Positions 11,769-22,661 of a stretch of 64,000 nt of DNA are shown piece after piece; the first letter of the stretch is position 1, and the number at the start of each line of letters is the position of its first letter. The DNA is taken from contig OZ218951.1 of NCBI GenBank assembly GCA_965112735.1, positions 2,480,001-2,544,000 of the forward strand, given 5' to 3'. The stretch comes from Phaeosaccion multiseriatum (lineage: Eukaryota > Protista > Ochrophyta, other classes). A model generated the notes under the pieces. It saw nothing but the letters and a program-made list of their open reading frames with translations, made no database searches and was not told the origin of the DNA. Made by a program: the position numbers and the translations under genes.

Positions 11769-12942
11769 CCTCTTCACAAGTTGGTTCTCGAGAGTCGTCG
11801 ACAATCAAGGGGGGACAGGGGGGGTGATCTGGAAACAAAAAATAAAAATATTCCCTGTTCCATTAACGGGGAGCAGTAAGCTGTGCCGCGAAGCTTCCAG
11901 GGCCTCGTGTAGAGAGAGAAGTGAAGCCATGGCCGAGGAGAGCACTAAGCGGCGACGAGGAGCTTCCAGGGCATCTTCTGTGCGGGGGGGGAACAGTGCA
12001 CCCTCTAACGCGGAGGAGCCGCGTGCCAAGGTATTGGCTCTGGAGGTCACGATGCTGAAGATCATGGGCATTGTAGGGGAGGGGCATCATCTTTTCGTCG
12101 CTGGGGTGAGCAAGAACTGGAGGGGGCTGTACGACGGCGCTCATCCAGGGTTGAAAACCTCTCTTCGTCGCAGCTTGTTCGGGTCTGTGGAGTGCCTCAA
12201 CTGGGCCATCAAGCACGGCTGCATAGAGCTGGGTATGGACGTGGGCCTGGAGATTTTTGAAGCTGCAGCGAGGTTTGGGGACGTGAGCGTCTGCCAGACC
12301 CTCCATCACCACGGCTGTCCATGGGACGAGAAAGTGTGTGAAGCTGCTGGCGAGAATGCAAAGCACGGCCTGAGCATTCTCAAGTGGCTCCGCTCCGAAG
12401 ACCTGCCCGACAAGAGACCGTGTCCGTGGAACGAGAATACTTGCTCTGCAGCGGTATATAGAGGGGACGTGGACATGCTCACGTGGCTGCTCTCGGACGA
12501 GGCGAATGCCCCATTTGAAGTCACATCGAACTTGTTGTATTCCGCTGTGAGAGAGGGACGTATAACTATGCTCGAGATACTTCTGGCTCAACCCAGTCTC
12601 AGGACCGACCTGGAGGCGGGAGGCGAAGGCGGCATGTGGCGAGATGGGGCTTTCTTTGCTGCGGTTTTTGGCCGCTTGGAGGTGCTGCGCTGTCTGCATG
12701 CAAACGCTCGTGACCTGTGCGTTTGGGACGGCGTTGTTTGCTACGGTGCCGTCACGAATGCCAAAAGCCTTGAAATGTTGCAGTGGCTGCGATCCGAGAG
12801 CGTCATGTGCCCATGGGACATGTTCTCGTGCCCGGAGGTACTGCTCCACAAGGGGCGATGGGACGGAGGGAGGGATGATAGGTTTGAGGAGATCAAGCAA
12901 TGGGTGCACGCCAATGGCCACCCCTGCGACTGCGAGGACTGA
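11769..12942 (+). repeat. Dispersed duplication of 1709-2883 (promoter plus paralog B)
   Basis: Identity starts at cctcttcacaagttggttctcgag (1709 vs 11769) and ends exactly at the TGA stop (2883 vs 12942). Confidence 0.95.
11929..12942 (+). CDS. Intronless ankyrin-like repeat protein (paralog C), recent duplicate of paralog B
   Basis: Same length (1014 nt) and nearly the same sequence as 1870-2883. Confidence 0.85.
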   Translation: MAEESTKRRRGASRASSVRGGNSAPSNAEEPRAKVLALEVTMLKIMGIVGEGHHLFVAGVSKNWRGLYDGAHPGLKTSLRRSLFGSVECLNWAIKHGCIELGMDVGLEIFEAAARFGDVSVCQTLHHHGCPWDEKVCEAAGENAKHGLSILKWLRSEDLPDKRPCPWNENTCSAAVYRGDVDMLTWLLSDEANAPFEVTSNLLYSAVREGRITMLEILLAQPSLRTDLEAGGEGGMWRDGAFFAAVFGRLEVLRCLHANARDLCVWDGVVCYGAVTNAKSLEMLQWLRSESVMCPWDMFSCPEVLLHKGRWDGGRDDRFEEIKQWVHANGHPCDCED

Positions 12943-14402
12943 TCAGCGCCATCGGGCCATGGGCCTTGAGGCATCGTCCTGCAAATAGCATTGGTGCGTT
13001 GCTTGTGGTGAAGGGTGGTGTGGCCGGAGCCTCCGACGAGATTTACGGACACTGAGTTGAGTTGTCTCTGGGCATGCCATGGCGTGCATCGCCCGCTCTG
13101 CAGCTCTCGCTGTGCCATTAATGGGGGCAGAGGTCGGGGGGGGGGGGGGGGGGTAGACGTATATGCTGCCTTGTGCGCACACGCAGGGGAGTTGTGGGGG
13201 GTGTGTTGAGGCGGGTGCACGGAAGCATAGGAAACAGGCCATGGTGAAGCGTTTTGTTCTCTGTGTGAGGCGCAGAGGCAGAAAGAGGTCAACGTGAAGA
13301 CTGAAAACGAGTGTTGGAGGGCTTGGGTGGCACCTCGAATCAAGGAGTGTCGTGTTGAGCACGATGTTGGACTGGACGACCTGAGCTCAGCAGCACGGTT
13401 GTACTCACCGACGGCCTCGCCAACAGGAGAGGGAGACAGGGAGAGGGGCGAGGACTGAAACTCGCATCCCTCTTCTTCCCCGGGGGCTGTCCGCGCCTGA
13501 GCGTGTCTCTCTTACTCTTCTTTCCTTCTCTTTGTTCTTCAGACTCAAGAACTCGCCGCATGTGGAGAGAGACAAGACGAAGGACAGCAAGCTGTAGGAC
13601 CGTAGGACCGTGGGTCCAGAGCCAGGGGCATGGGCAGGGGAAGCCAGGGGCAGAGGGGACAGCAGACAAGGAGCCACTTGACGGAGCCGCCGTAGATACG
13701 ACTAGAGAGGCCGATGTAGTGGGGGAGGAGAAGATGGGAGATGGGAGGGGGGTGATGACGGAGGAGCCGGGGAGGAGGGGCTTGGTCTCTCTTGTCTGTC
13801 GTCTCTGCTTCGCCTCCCTCCCTTCCTTGTTTGCGCTGGCGCTCAGTAGACAAGCTGGACGGGGGGGAGGGCTCATTGCTCGGGGTGGGGCGGACGGGTC
13901 CGTGGGGAAATAGACCTACATAAGATTTCTTCTACCCGTACGCCTCCAAATGTGCCAAAATGCTGCACGCTCAGCGCTCTAACCATATGCCTCTACGATT
14001 TTCCTCCGGAACGCCTCCCCACTGCCTTCTCCTGTAGTACAGGCTCCCCGGTACCTCGTCCAGCACGCTGGGCGCCCCCTTCGTGCGGGAAAATCCGCTT
14101 GAAGATGACTTTTCACCCGCTTGCACTTTCTGGCCAGCACACACGCTGTGCCTATTTTTTTTTTTGTAAGCTTCTCTGTCACGCCCATCAATTCTCTTCG
14201 TCTGTCTTCTCTCCTACAGCCACCTCTTCTCCTTCCCCTCCTCTATCTTCTCTCCTGCAGACTTCGAGTCTTTCGCCTTCCCACCCATTTCCTCCACGCG
14301 GCAGCCGATTTCCCGCATGGATTACCTGCAGGCCCACCCGCTCAAGTCCGGAGACGCATCGCAGCCAGACCGTTATCTGGAGACGCATCGCAGCCAGACT
14401 AA

Positions 14403-14562
14403 CCTCCTCCTCCTCCTCCTCCTCCTCCTCCTCCTCCTCCTCCTCCTCCTCCTCCTCCTCCTCCTCCTCCTCCTCCTCCTCCTCCTCCTCCTCCTCCTCC
14501 TCCTCCTCCTCCTCCTCCTCCTCCTCCTCCTCCTCCTCCTCCTTCTCCTCCTCCTCCTCCTC
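14403..14562. repeat. (CCT)n microsatellite
   Basis: About 160 bp of nearly pure trinucleotide repeat, intergenic. Confidence 0.95.
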
Positions 14563-14912
14563 CCACATCCTGCACTCGCCATCTGTGAGTCCCTCCTACT
14601 TTTGCTCCTCCTGCCTCCCCTCCCCTTTTCACCTTCCTATCCTCCACTCTCCCTTCTCCCACTTCTTGCCAACTCCAACCCTCTTCTCGCCTCCTCCTCC
14701 CTGCCGAGGGCGCAGCCCGAAGCACCACCTTGTTATAAATTAAATTATGTGAAATTATGTGTTGAGCCCGAATTCAATTTCAGTTTGTGGCTCCGAACTG
14801 AAACGCCAAACTGTCACGGGTTTTTTGCCTGATCGGCGCCCGATCCAAAATAAATCATACCATACGAGCGATCTTGCTCACAATCAAGAGAACACACAGA
14901 GGCACGAAGGCG

Positions 14913-17900
14913 ATGCAACTCTTCAGAAAGGTGCTTACTCGACTGCGCCAGCGGGAGGGGGGGGCACGAAGGGAACAGCAGGAGCAGCAGGAGGAGGAGG
15001 CAGCCGTGACAAGAGCTTCCGGCGACGAGCCCTGCCTTGTCCTGCCCCATGCCCCTGTCGTTCATGTAGTGAACCACTACCGACGGAGAGGACCTCATGA
15101 GATGCCCCTGCCCGCGTGGCTGGTGCAACTGGATCATCAGCTTGTCCTTTCGGGCAACCCTTCACTCATGCCCACAACTCCCCTAGAGCGCCGCACCCGG
15201 AGAAGGGTCCTCGCTGAGCTGATGACGGGTCAGCAGGAGCAGGCAGACCACCGAGCCGTCACCGCGCTGGCGATTTTGGAGAACGAGCAGCGACAACTGC
15301 ACACTGCCCCCGAAGAGCCCCAGCAGCAGCAGCAGCAGCAGCAGGGGGAGGAGGAGGGGCAGAGAGAGGGAGAGGTACTCCTTGCTTGGAGTCTCTTTGA
15401 GGACATCCCCGATGAGACTGCTTGCATCCTGGAGAACATGACGAAGAAGGGAGGCTTTTGCCAAATCTGCCTTGAGTCTTGCGACACTCTGACGGCCGCC
15501 TTCCTCCATCAGGGCACCCCGGCGGGAGGCAGCTGCGAGGCCGAGGCATGCATCGGTTGCCTCTCAGCCTTCTTCACGGAGAAAGTGGAGTCTGGCTACT
15601 TTGGAGCGTGCCCCCAGATGAAGTGCTTCGCCTGTTCCTCTATTGTCCGTCGCCCAGTGTGGTCGCTGGTGGTGGAGGGTCGGAACATCGTGACGAGAAG
15701 GGGGCGCGAGGGAGAGGAGGGCCAAGCAGGAGAGCAGGTCCAGACGACGACGACTAGCGTGGTGGACCTCTTCAACCAGCGAGCGACGGCCCTGCTGAGC
15801 ATTCAGTGCGGCACCTGTCATACACGAGGACATATTATGGTGGAGCACCAACCCGGCGAGACAGCAGGAGCGAGCAAGCGTCGGGCCCAGGATGCGATCA
15901 AGGAGGAGATCAGAGGCGCTCTTCTCACGGCTGGCAAGGAGGAGGAGGATGCAGAGAGGGAGTGGGCTCAGCTCTTTGCTGCGTTGGAGGCTTTCGAGCA
16001 CGGTCAGGTACGCCACATTGCTTTCCATCGATGCCTCGTCCCCCCCCCCCACAGTCCAATTCGCTTACGCTTTTCTCCCCTACTCTCTTTCCTTCTCTCT
16101 CTCTCTCTTTCTTCCCCCTCTCTCCAGATTACACAAGTGGAGGCCTTCGCGGCCGTGAGCACTGTCCTCCGCGCAGTCGTCAAGAATGAGGGCGAGAAGG
16201 ACGAGGAAGAGGAGACAAGGGTGGAGGACTACACCCCGGAGAGGCACGACCAAGTGTCGAGCTTCATGGACAAGGTGCTGCTCTGCGTGGAGGATGAGGA
16301 GCGCCGCGCCACCCTCCAGACCCGCTTCCTGCGTCTCCACCCCCGCTGCCTCAGTCTCTGCTGCAGGCGTGAGCACTGCTTCGTATGCAAAAGCGCGGGC
16401 TTCCACAAGGGGCAGACTTGTGACGTCGTCCGGCAACAGATGTACAGTCGCCAGGAGCAGGAGCCCGTCGTCACTTGCCCGGGCTGTGGCGTCTTTGTCG
16501 TCAAGGGAGACGGGTGCAACGCCCTCTCCTGTGTCTGCGGTACCTACTTTGACTGGGGTGAGCGCGTGAGGGACCGCCTGCAGGGCATTCAGCGAGCAGT
16601 TGTGGAGCGCCACGGAGTCGCTGAGTTCGGCCGCCTCGCCGCGAGACTGCTGTACATGGAGGTGTGCCGAGACAGCCAGGCCATCACCTCGTTCACGATC
16701 ACTTCTGTCGACGACGCCACCGCCACCACCACCACCACCACCATCAACGCCCAGCAGGACCGCGTGGCGTGCCTTTCTGCTGCCATTGCCCCCGTTCCCT
16801 TCGACGACGATTTCCGGGAGGTGGTGCAGCTCTTCGTCAGGGAGGCGCAGAGCAGAGGAGGAGAGGAATCCAGGGCCGCCCTGCGCAGGGGCCGAGCGAT
16901 GCTGTGGGAGGAGATTCACGGCACCACGGGCGTATCCGCTTCGTCTCCCTTCGCCTCTCTGTCCGTCCGGAGTGTCACAGCGGTGGGGACTGACGGCAAG
17001 GCAGATGCCTCGAGCTCTGCAGCGGCATGCCTGGCAGCGGCGGCCTCTCTGTGCGGGCCCCTGGCGGCGACGGTGCATCAACTCGCGGGCCCTGGCATGA
17101 GCGGACAACGGCCTGTTGCCGAGAGCAGGGCAGGCAAGCAGCAGCAGTCCGCAGACGACGAGCTGGCTCGGGCGTGGAAGGCGGAGAACGAGGGCGTCTA
17201 CCTGCGCTACCGAAAGGGCGTGGAGCAGGCAAGGGCAGCGTATCTGGAGGCCATGCTCCTGGGTGGAGGTGGAGGAGGAGCAGGAGGAGGAGGTGACGAT
17301 GGTGCTTACCAGTCGGGCAGCAGCAGGGAGGAGGACGCCCCCACTGTCGACACTCTGCCACTGCACCGCCGGAGAGAGAAGGTGGCACGACGAGTGGTGG
17401 AAGTTCTCCACGGACGCAGTCCTACTGACAACGACGCCGCACTTGAGGGGGCCATTGACGACTGGCTGGCGTACCCTCGCAACCGCCGCGTGTACGACCA
17501 ACAGCTGCAGATGTACGAGGACAGTGCCGCCCAGCGAGAGGCGGACGCCTTCCTGGCCCTGTACGGTGGCGGCGGCCTCCCATGGGCGGCGCAAAGGAAG
17601 GGCGCGAAGACTGCAGCGGTAGACAAGGCTGTGACAGTGGAGACGGCGCGGAGGCGTGTCATGTACTTTGAGGAGCACCCAAGCGAGCTGTGCAGGGAGC
17701 AGCGCAGTTTGTTCAAGGCCTTTGCCGGAGTATACATGCCCGACTACACCCTGAGCGAGGAGCTCGAGGCGGAGGAGTTCCTGCAGGCCCTCATGGGGAT
17801 GGACTGCCTCTGGGAGGAGGACGAGGAGGAGAGAAGAGAGGAGAGGAGGGAGGAGAGGATGGAGGAGAGGCGGCAGCAGGAGGAAGAGAACGGGGGGCAG

Positions 17901-18221
17901 CAGCAGCAGCAGCAGGCCGTACAGCCCCGGAGAGGGGGGTGGGGGCTGGACGAGTGGGAGGGGGCAGCGTGGGAGGTGCCCCAAGAGGGGGTGGAGGCGG
18001 CAGGGTGGGAGGTGCCCCAAGAGGGGGTGGTGGAGGAGGCGGTGGAGCAGGAGGGGCAGGGGGCCCTGGTCCGGCTGTTTGGGGCTCAGAGCCGGGAGGC
18101 CGCGGTAGCGGACATGCAGGCACGCCTGGCCGAGGGGAGAGGGAGAGAGGACGAGGGGGGGGAGAGGGAGGAGGCCCTGTGGCGCCCACCAGACATGATG
18201 AGACGCGGCATCACCGCATGA
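14913..18221 (+). CDS. RBR (RING-IBR-RING)-type E3 ubiquitin ligase-like protein with long C-terminal extension
   Basis: RING1-like CQIC...H...C...CIGC...CFAC; IBR-like CGTC...CCRREHCFVCK...H...TC; RING2 CPGCGVFVVKGDGCNALSCVCGTYFDW. One GT-AG intron at 16008-16127. Confidence 0.8.
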   Translation: MQLFRKVLTRLRQREGGARREQQEQQEEEAAVTRASGDEPCLVLPHAPVVHVVNHYRRRGPHEMPLPAWLVQLDHQLVLSGNPSLMPTTPLERRTRRRVLAELMTGQQEQADHRAVTALAILENEQRQLHTAPEEPQQQQQQQQGEEEGQREGEVLLAWSLFEDIPDETACILENMTKKGGFCQICLESCDTLTAAFLHQGTPAGGSCEAEACIGCLSAFFTEKVESGYFGACPQMKCFACSSIVRRPVWSLVVEGRNIVTRRGREGEEGQAGEQVQTTTTSVVDLFNQRATALLSIQCGTCHTRGHIMVEHQPGETAGASKRRAQDAIKEEIRGALLTAGKEEEDAEREWAQLFAALEAFEHGQVRHIAFHRCLVPPPHSPIRLRFSPLLSFLLSLSLSSPSLQITQVEAFAAVSTVLRAVVKNEGEKDEEEETRVEDYTPERHDQVSSFMDKVLLCVEDEERRATLQTRFLRLHPRCLSLCCRREHCFVCKSAGFHKGQTCDVVRQQMYSRQEQEPVVTCPGCGVFVVKGDGCNALSCVCGTYFDWGERVRDRLQGIQRAVVERHGVAEFGRLAARLLYMEVCRDSQAITSFTITSVDDATATTTTTTINAQQDRVACLSAAIAPVPFDDDFREVVQLFVREAQSRGGEESRAALRRGRAMLWEEIHGTTGVSASSPFASLSVRSVTAVGTDGKADASSSAAACLAAAASLCGPLAATVHQLAGPGMSGQRPVAESRAGKQQQSADDELARAWKAENEGVYLRYRKGVEQARAAYLEAMLLGGGGGGAGGGGDDGAYQSGSSREEDAPTVDTLPLHRRREKVARRVVEVLHGRSPTDNDAALEGAIDDWLAYPRNRRVYDQQLQMYEDSAAQREADAFLALYGGGGLPWAAQRKGAKTAAVDKAVTVETARRRVMYFEEHPSELCREQRSLFKAFAGVYMPDYTLSEELEAEEFLQALMGMDCLWEEDEEERREERREERMEERRQQEEENGGQQQQQQAVQPRRGGWGLDEWEGAAWEVPQEGVEAAGWEVPQEGVVEEAVEQEGQGALVRLFGAQSREAAVADMQARLAEGRGREDEGGEREEALWRPPDMMRRGITA

Positions 18222-18518
18222 GGTCACTCACACTATTTTACACAAGTCAGTCACTTTTAGATCATATTATTACTTTGTCGTAACATTAATTGTTATAAAT
18301 TGTTGTTACCATCATGCGCACTCGCGACTTGCTGGGAGAGCCATTTGAAAGAGAAGGGACCCGCATCACCAACGGCTCCCACCCACTCCCATCGATGGCT
18401 ACCAGCATGTGACAATGCTCTCTCTGTCCCTCGTGGAACAGCATGTGGTTCTAGACCAAGCATGACAAGCAGCTTTGTATGTATGTACCTCCTCTCATCC
18501 AACGATCAGACAATTTCA

Positions 18519-19827
18519 TCAGACAGTTTCTTGCTTCCGCATGAGGCAGTATATCCTCTGGTCGATTTGGATGTTGGCGAGGTTGCGTTGGTCACCCGTT
18601 AGGCGCATGAGCAGGCCGCCAAACGACGCAGACACCTCCACCACAGACTCCCCCTGGACAGGAGGAGGGAGGCGGGGTAGGGCGGGGCGAGAGAGGGGAA
18701 CAGGAAGGAGGCAGGGGCGGGGGAGGGAGAGGGGGGGTTAGAGAGAGAGGGTAGCAGAGGGATAGAGGGAAGGGAGAGAGAGAGGGTAGCAGAGGAAACC
18801 CCACCACTCCTCTGATTAAATGGTGGCGCCCCACACTTGATTTTAAAACTGCAGAGAATATTCACACAGGGCACTCGTGATGACGACCTGCTGACGCACA
18901 GTTGGTTCCTTCGCGCGCTGGGAGCAAACCGTGCACTACCGCCACCCCCACCACCACGGGGCGGGGAGGGATGGAGGTGAGCACAAGAGCGACCGCAGAT
19001 GGGTGCTCGTCCTCCTTCTCCTCCTCCTCCTCCTCCTCCTCCTCCTCCTCCTCCCCCTCCTGGGGCAGGAACTGCAGCAGCTGCAGCACAAGCAGTACAC
19101 ATGAAGCCTCACCTTAAACTCATACTTGAACACCCTCCCGTGCATGACGTACTCGTACTGGTCGGCGAGGGTAATCTCCTGGCTAATGTCTTTAAAGGTC
19201 CCGTCGTCAGGGGCGCCGTCGGTTGATAGCGTGCTGGCAAGCACAAAGGTGACTCGGTGCTCCTCTTTGACAGGCCAAATCTCGCTATTAATATCCAGCA
19301 GCAGGTCCGTCTCGTATGTCACTCCTTTGCACGAAAGTCTATTCACTGTGAGTGGGCACGGGAGGGGGGCGGGGGATGGATGGAAGGGACAAGAGAGAAA
19401 GAGATTTGGGGAGAGGTGTGAGTCGGTGAGTAGGTGATAAGCGTACTGACGCATTGAATAGAGAAGGCAGAGTGCGCTCAGCAGCTGTGCAACAGCAACA
19501 CAAGGGGAGGAGGAAGTACCACGACGGAAATTTGACCCATTTCCATTCGATGCCGTGAGGGTGCTCCCTGTATGATTCGTGTGAACCACTCTACGGCTGC
19601 TCCTTCGTCTGGTACTGCCATGTTTTCCCTGTACCCGCCCTCCCTCTTTACATCTCTCCGCCTCCACCAACTTCCTCGACCAGGGGTGGGAAGAGCAGCA
19701 GGACAGTGGGGCACTCTCCTCTAAAAAGGGCAAGCCATGGTCACCGTGGCTCACCTTTCTGGAACTTCTTTCCGTCCGTGTTGAGCGCGTTCACTATGAA
19801 GATGTCCTCAAAGAGAATGTGGGCCAT
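18519..19827 (-). CDS. RPB8: RNA polymerase I/II/III shared subunit RPB8 (RPABC3), 3 exons
   Basis: MAHILFEDIF...KKFQK|VNRL...DLLLDINSEIWP...LADQYEYVMHGRVFKY|...VSASFGGLLMRLTGD...IYCLMRK; GT-AG introns. Confidence 0.95.
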
Positions 19828-20072
19828 GATCCGCCACGCCCTCCAGAGGCCTGCTCCCCTCTCCTCCTCCTCTTCTTATGCCGCTGCTGCTGCTCCTGCG
19901 CCTGTCCCTTATACTCCAAGCCCCTGACTCTCCCAATTCAGTCTTTCTGCAGAGTCTACTTTGGTGGAATTTGTATATCGCCTCTCTCGCCTGAGGCGAG
20001 GAGGGCCGGACCACCAACATGCCAACATCCTCACAGGAGCTCCATCAGCGATTTTGTTAAAGCCTGCTTTGC

Positions 20073-21674
20073 ATGAGGCTGCATCACGTCTCTGTCGTGT
20101 GCTTCGTACTGCCCTGTGTGGTTCAAGGGTGGACGGGACTCACTCTCGCCTCCAATCATCCCTGGACGGGCAGGCATGGTTCGTTCGGCAGTACAGTTTG
20201 GGCCTCTGTGGAGAGGAGCTCGTGTGTGGTACTGAAGGAAGCCTCGGCGCAGCATGGCGTGAAGTTGGATGCGTCTATTCCCTCCTCCGTCAAGGCTTCT
20301 GGACGTAGCGGTGGCACTGTGGACGCAGAACGCTGGAACCGGACCGAAGCTGCGACTAGGGCCTTCACCTACGACCCACCACTGACGCCCCTGGACATAC
20401 TATTTGAAGACGAGCATTTGATCGTCGTAAACAAGCCGAGTGGACTCCTCAGTGTACCAGGGAAATACGAGAAGGACTGCTTGGTGCGCAGGTAAGCGGT
20501 TAGGTCAGGGCTGGGGGAGGGGGGAGAGACAGCGGCAGCAAGCGACTCTTCCTCTCCAGTCCGGTGGGCCTCTTCTGGACAGGCAGATCTCTCATTCACT
20601 CCAACGTCCCCCAAGGCCTGCTGCTAGAAGGCGCTCCACCGAAAACGTATCCGTCCTCACCACCCGCTTCGCCGCTGCCCGCTGCTGCTGTGCCCATCGC
20701 TGCTGCTGCTCCTGCCGCTCCTCTTCCTGTTGCTTCTCTTTGCTCGTTGGTTCGAAAGAGTGGCTGCGGTGCGCGACCTACCCCGCGTCGACAAGATGAT
20801 TGTGCACCGGCTCGACATGGCCACCTCTGGCTGCGTGGTGTTCGCCAAGAGCGACGAAGCCCTTGTGTCTCTCAACGCCATGTTTCGAGAGCGTCGGGTG
20901 AGGAAGCGCTACATCGCAATGCTTTATGGCCATGTCGGAGCGGATTCCGGCGAGGTGGCCCTTGCCCTGAGGATGGACAAGGAGAACGTCCCTCTGCAGG
21001 TGCCGTAGAGGTGTGGTGTGTGCTGTGCTGTGCTTTGCTCTCCTGCGATGCGACGCTCTGACTGCTTCTCCTGCCCAACCATTCAGATGCTCTCCTCGGG
21101 ATGGGAGAGTTGGGGTAGGCGGTGGGGAAGAGAGTGTCGGGCGAACTCTGCAGCCGACTCTGCCCATTTCTTCTCAGTGCCTGCTGCTGCTCTGTGTGGG
21201 CGTAAGTCTCCCTCGCCCTGCCTCAGTCCCCTTCCCCTCCCCTCCCGCCCGCGTCTGTCACTGTGCCCTCCTCCTCGCTAGATGGTAGATCCTGAGCTCG
21301 GTACACGGAGCCTTTCCCTATTTAAGGTGACGGGCCGCTACTTTGCCACCGCGTCTGGAGAAACCTTCACACGGGCCGCAGCACCAGCAGACGCCGCAGC
21401 AGTTGGTGATACAGCAGTAGCGGCACCAACATCTGTGCCCGCCTATCCCGTGACTAGAGTGGAGTTGACCCCCCACACGGGGAAGAGGCACCAGCTGAGG
21501 ATACACATGCAAGAAGGGCTGGGGCACCCTATTCTGGGCGATCAACTCTACTGCCATCGCCGCGGACTTGAGCTCTCCCCAGACCGGTGCATGCTGCATG
21601 CAGAGTCGCTGGGCTTCGACCACCCCGTCACAGAGGGGCAGGAGGTGTACGTTGAGGCGCAATGCCCATACTGA
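20073..21674 (+). CDS. RluA-family pseudouridine synthase, probably plastid-targeted, 3 exons
   Basis: ILFEDEHLIVVNKPSGLLSVPG, catalytic VHRLDMATSG, KRYIA, LTPHTGKRHQLRIH, GHPILGDQLY, MLHAESLGFDHP. Exons about 20073-20491, 20760-20999, 21282-21674. Hydrophobic N-terminal signal-like segment. Confidence 0.92.
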
Positions 21675-22212
21675 CTTGACTTGTTCGCTGGACGGGATGA
21701 ACTTGACCCGTATGACTGCCGCTGACAGACGGGGGACTGCATGCACACACACGCACGAGTAGTGGTATATGTCCTCCAGTGCGCGTGACAGCAGCAGCAA
21801 CAACAGCAGAGGCAGCAACGTCTGTACCATCAGCAGCAGCAGCGTCAGGAAAACACACGAACTGGTGCTTCACACTCCGCGAGCAGATATCACGGTCCGT
21901 GACCGACTTTGAGGCCCTAGCCGAGGCCCTCTGCTGCACCTTCAGCACAACCGCCCATTCTTCCTGTGCCGCTTTGGGCTCTTTTCGTGTCTTGGGCTCT
22001 TCCCGCCGGCCCTTCGCTCTGAGCATTGGACCATTGGCGTCTCTCCCTTCCGTCGGAGCGTGTTTTGACGCTTGAGCCCGGCCCTGACAATAGACAACAG
22101 GCCCTGCTTCGAATGAGTCGAGTTCCGACGAGCTCTGAGGAGAAGGAGGCCTTGGGTGCAGACGTGGGTTGACAGAGGAACGTCTCACAACAGGCCACGT
22201 TGCAGTCTAGAT

Positions 22213-22249
<37 letters not shown>

Positions 22250-22456
22250 CAGCAGTAGCGGGGTGTTGTGTCTAGCCGGTTTGGAGCAAGAGCGACCAAC
22301 TGACCATTGATTGACCACCTCCGGAGAGAGACCACGCCGGCCAGCGCGCCAGTAAGCGAAGCGGTCTGAGGCAGACGAGAGTAGGGTGGAGGGAGAGAGG
22401 AGAGTCTGGGGCAGACGAGTGGAGGCGGTGCATGCGTCGATGCACTGCTCGACCCC

Positions 22457-22624
22457 TGACGCGCTATCCGCTATCGCCGGCGCCAGCCGGCGTGCTATGC
22501 TATCGCCAGCGTCAGCCGGCTTTGGGGGGGGCGTGCTATCCGCTATCGCCGGCGCCAGCCGATCCGCTATCCGCTATCGGCCGGCGGCCGATACGACGCT
22601 ATGAATGTGGGCGATAGCGCGTCA
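22457..22624. mobile_element. 168-bp MITE-like/foldback element with 12-bp terminal inverted repeats
   Basis: TGACGCGCTATC (22457-22468) and its exact reverse complement GATAGCGCGTCA (22613-22624) enclose repeated gctatccgctatcgccggcgccagccg units. No target-site duplication recognised. Confidence 0.5.
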
Positions 22625-22661
22625 TGAATTCCTACTAAGTCAATAAATTGGTCCCCCCCGG

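Noticed and set aside
12943-13913. Several 90-200 aa ORFs between paralog C and the RBR gene
   Set aside because: Low complexity, no recognisable domain, no consistent exon chain.
13952-14832. Poly-S/L/E/R/G ORFs
   Set aside because: Products of the (CCT)n repeat in all frames.
16008-16127. Stop-free in-frame introns (also 26153-26371) read through by the ORF track
   Set aside because: Clear GT-AG ends and pyrimidine tracts; absence of stops is expected in C/T-rich sequence, and nothing indicates retention.
16080-18227. 715-aa antisense ORF, and similar antisense ORFs over the ankyrin-like, PPR and histone genes
   Set aside because: Shadow ORFs expected from GC-rich codon usage on the opposite strand; no motifs.
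21628-22318. Minus-strand coding-like ORFs downstream of the RluA-family gene
   Set aside because: No recognisable motifs; may be a decayed gene but cannot be supported.
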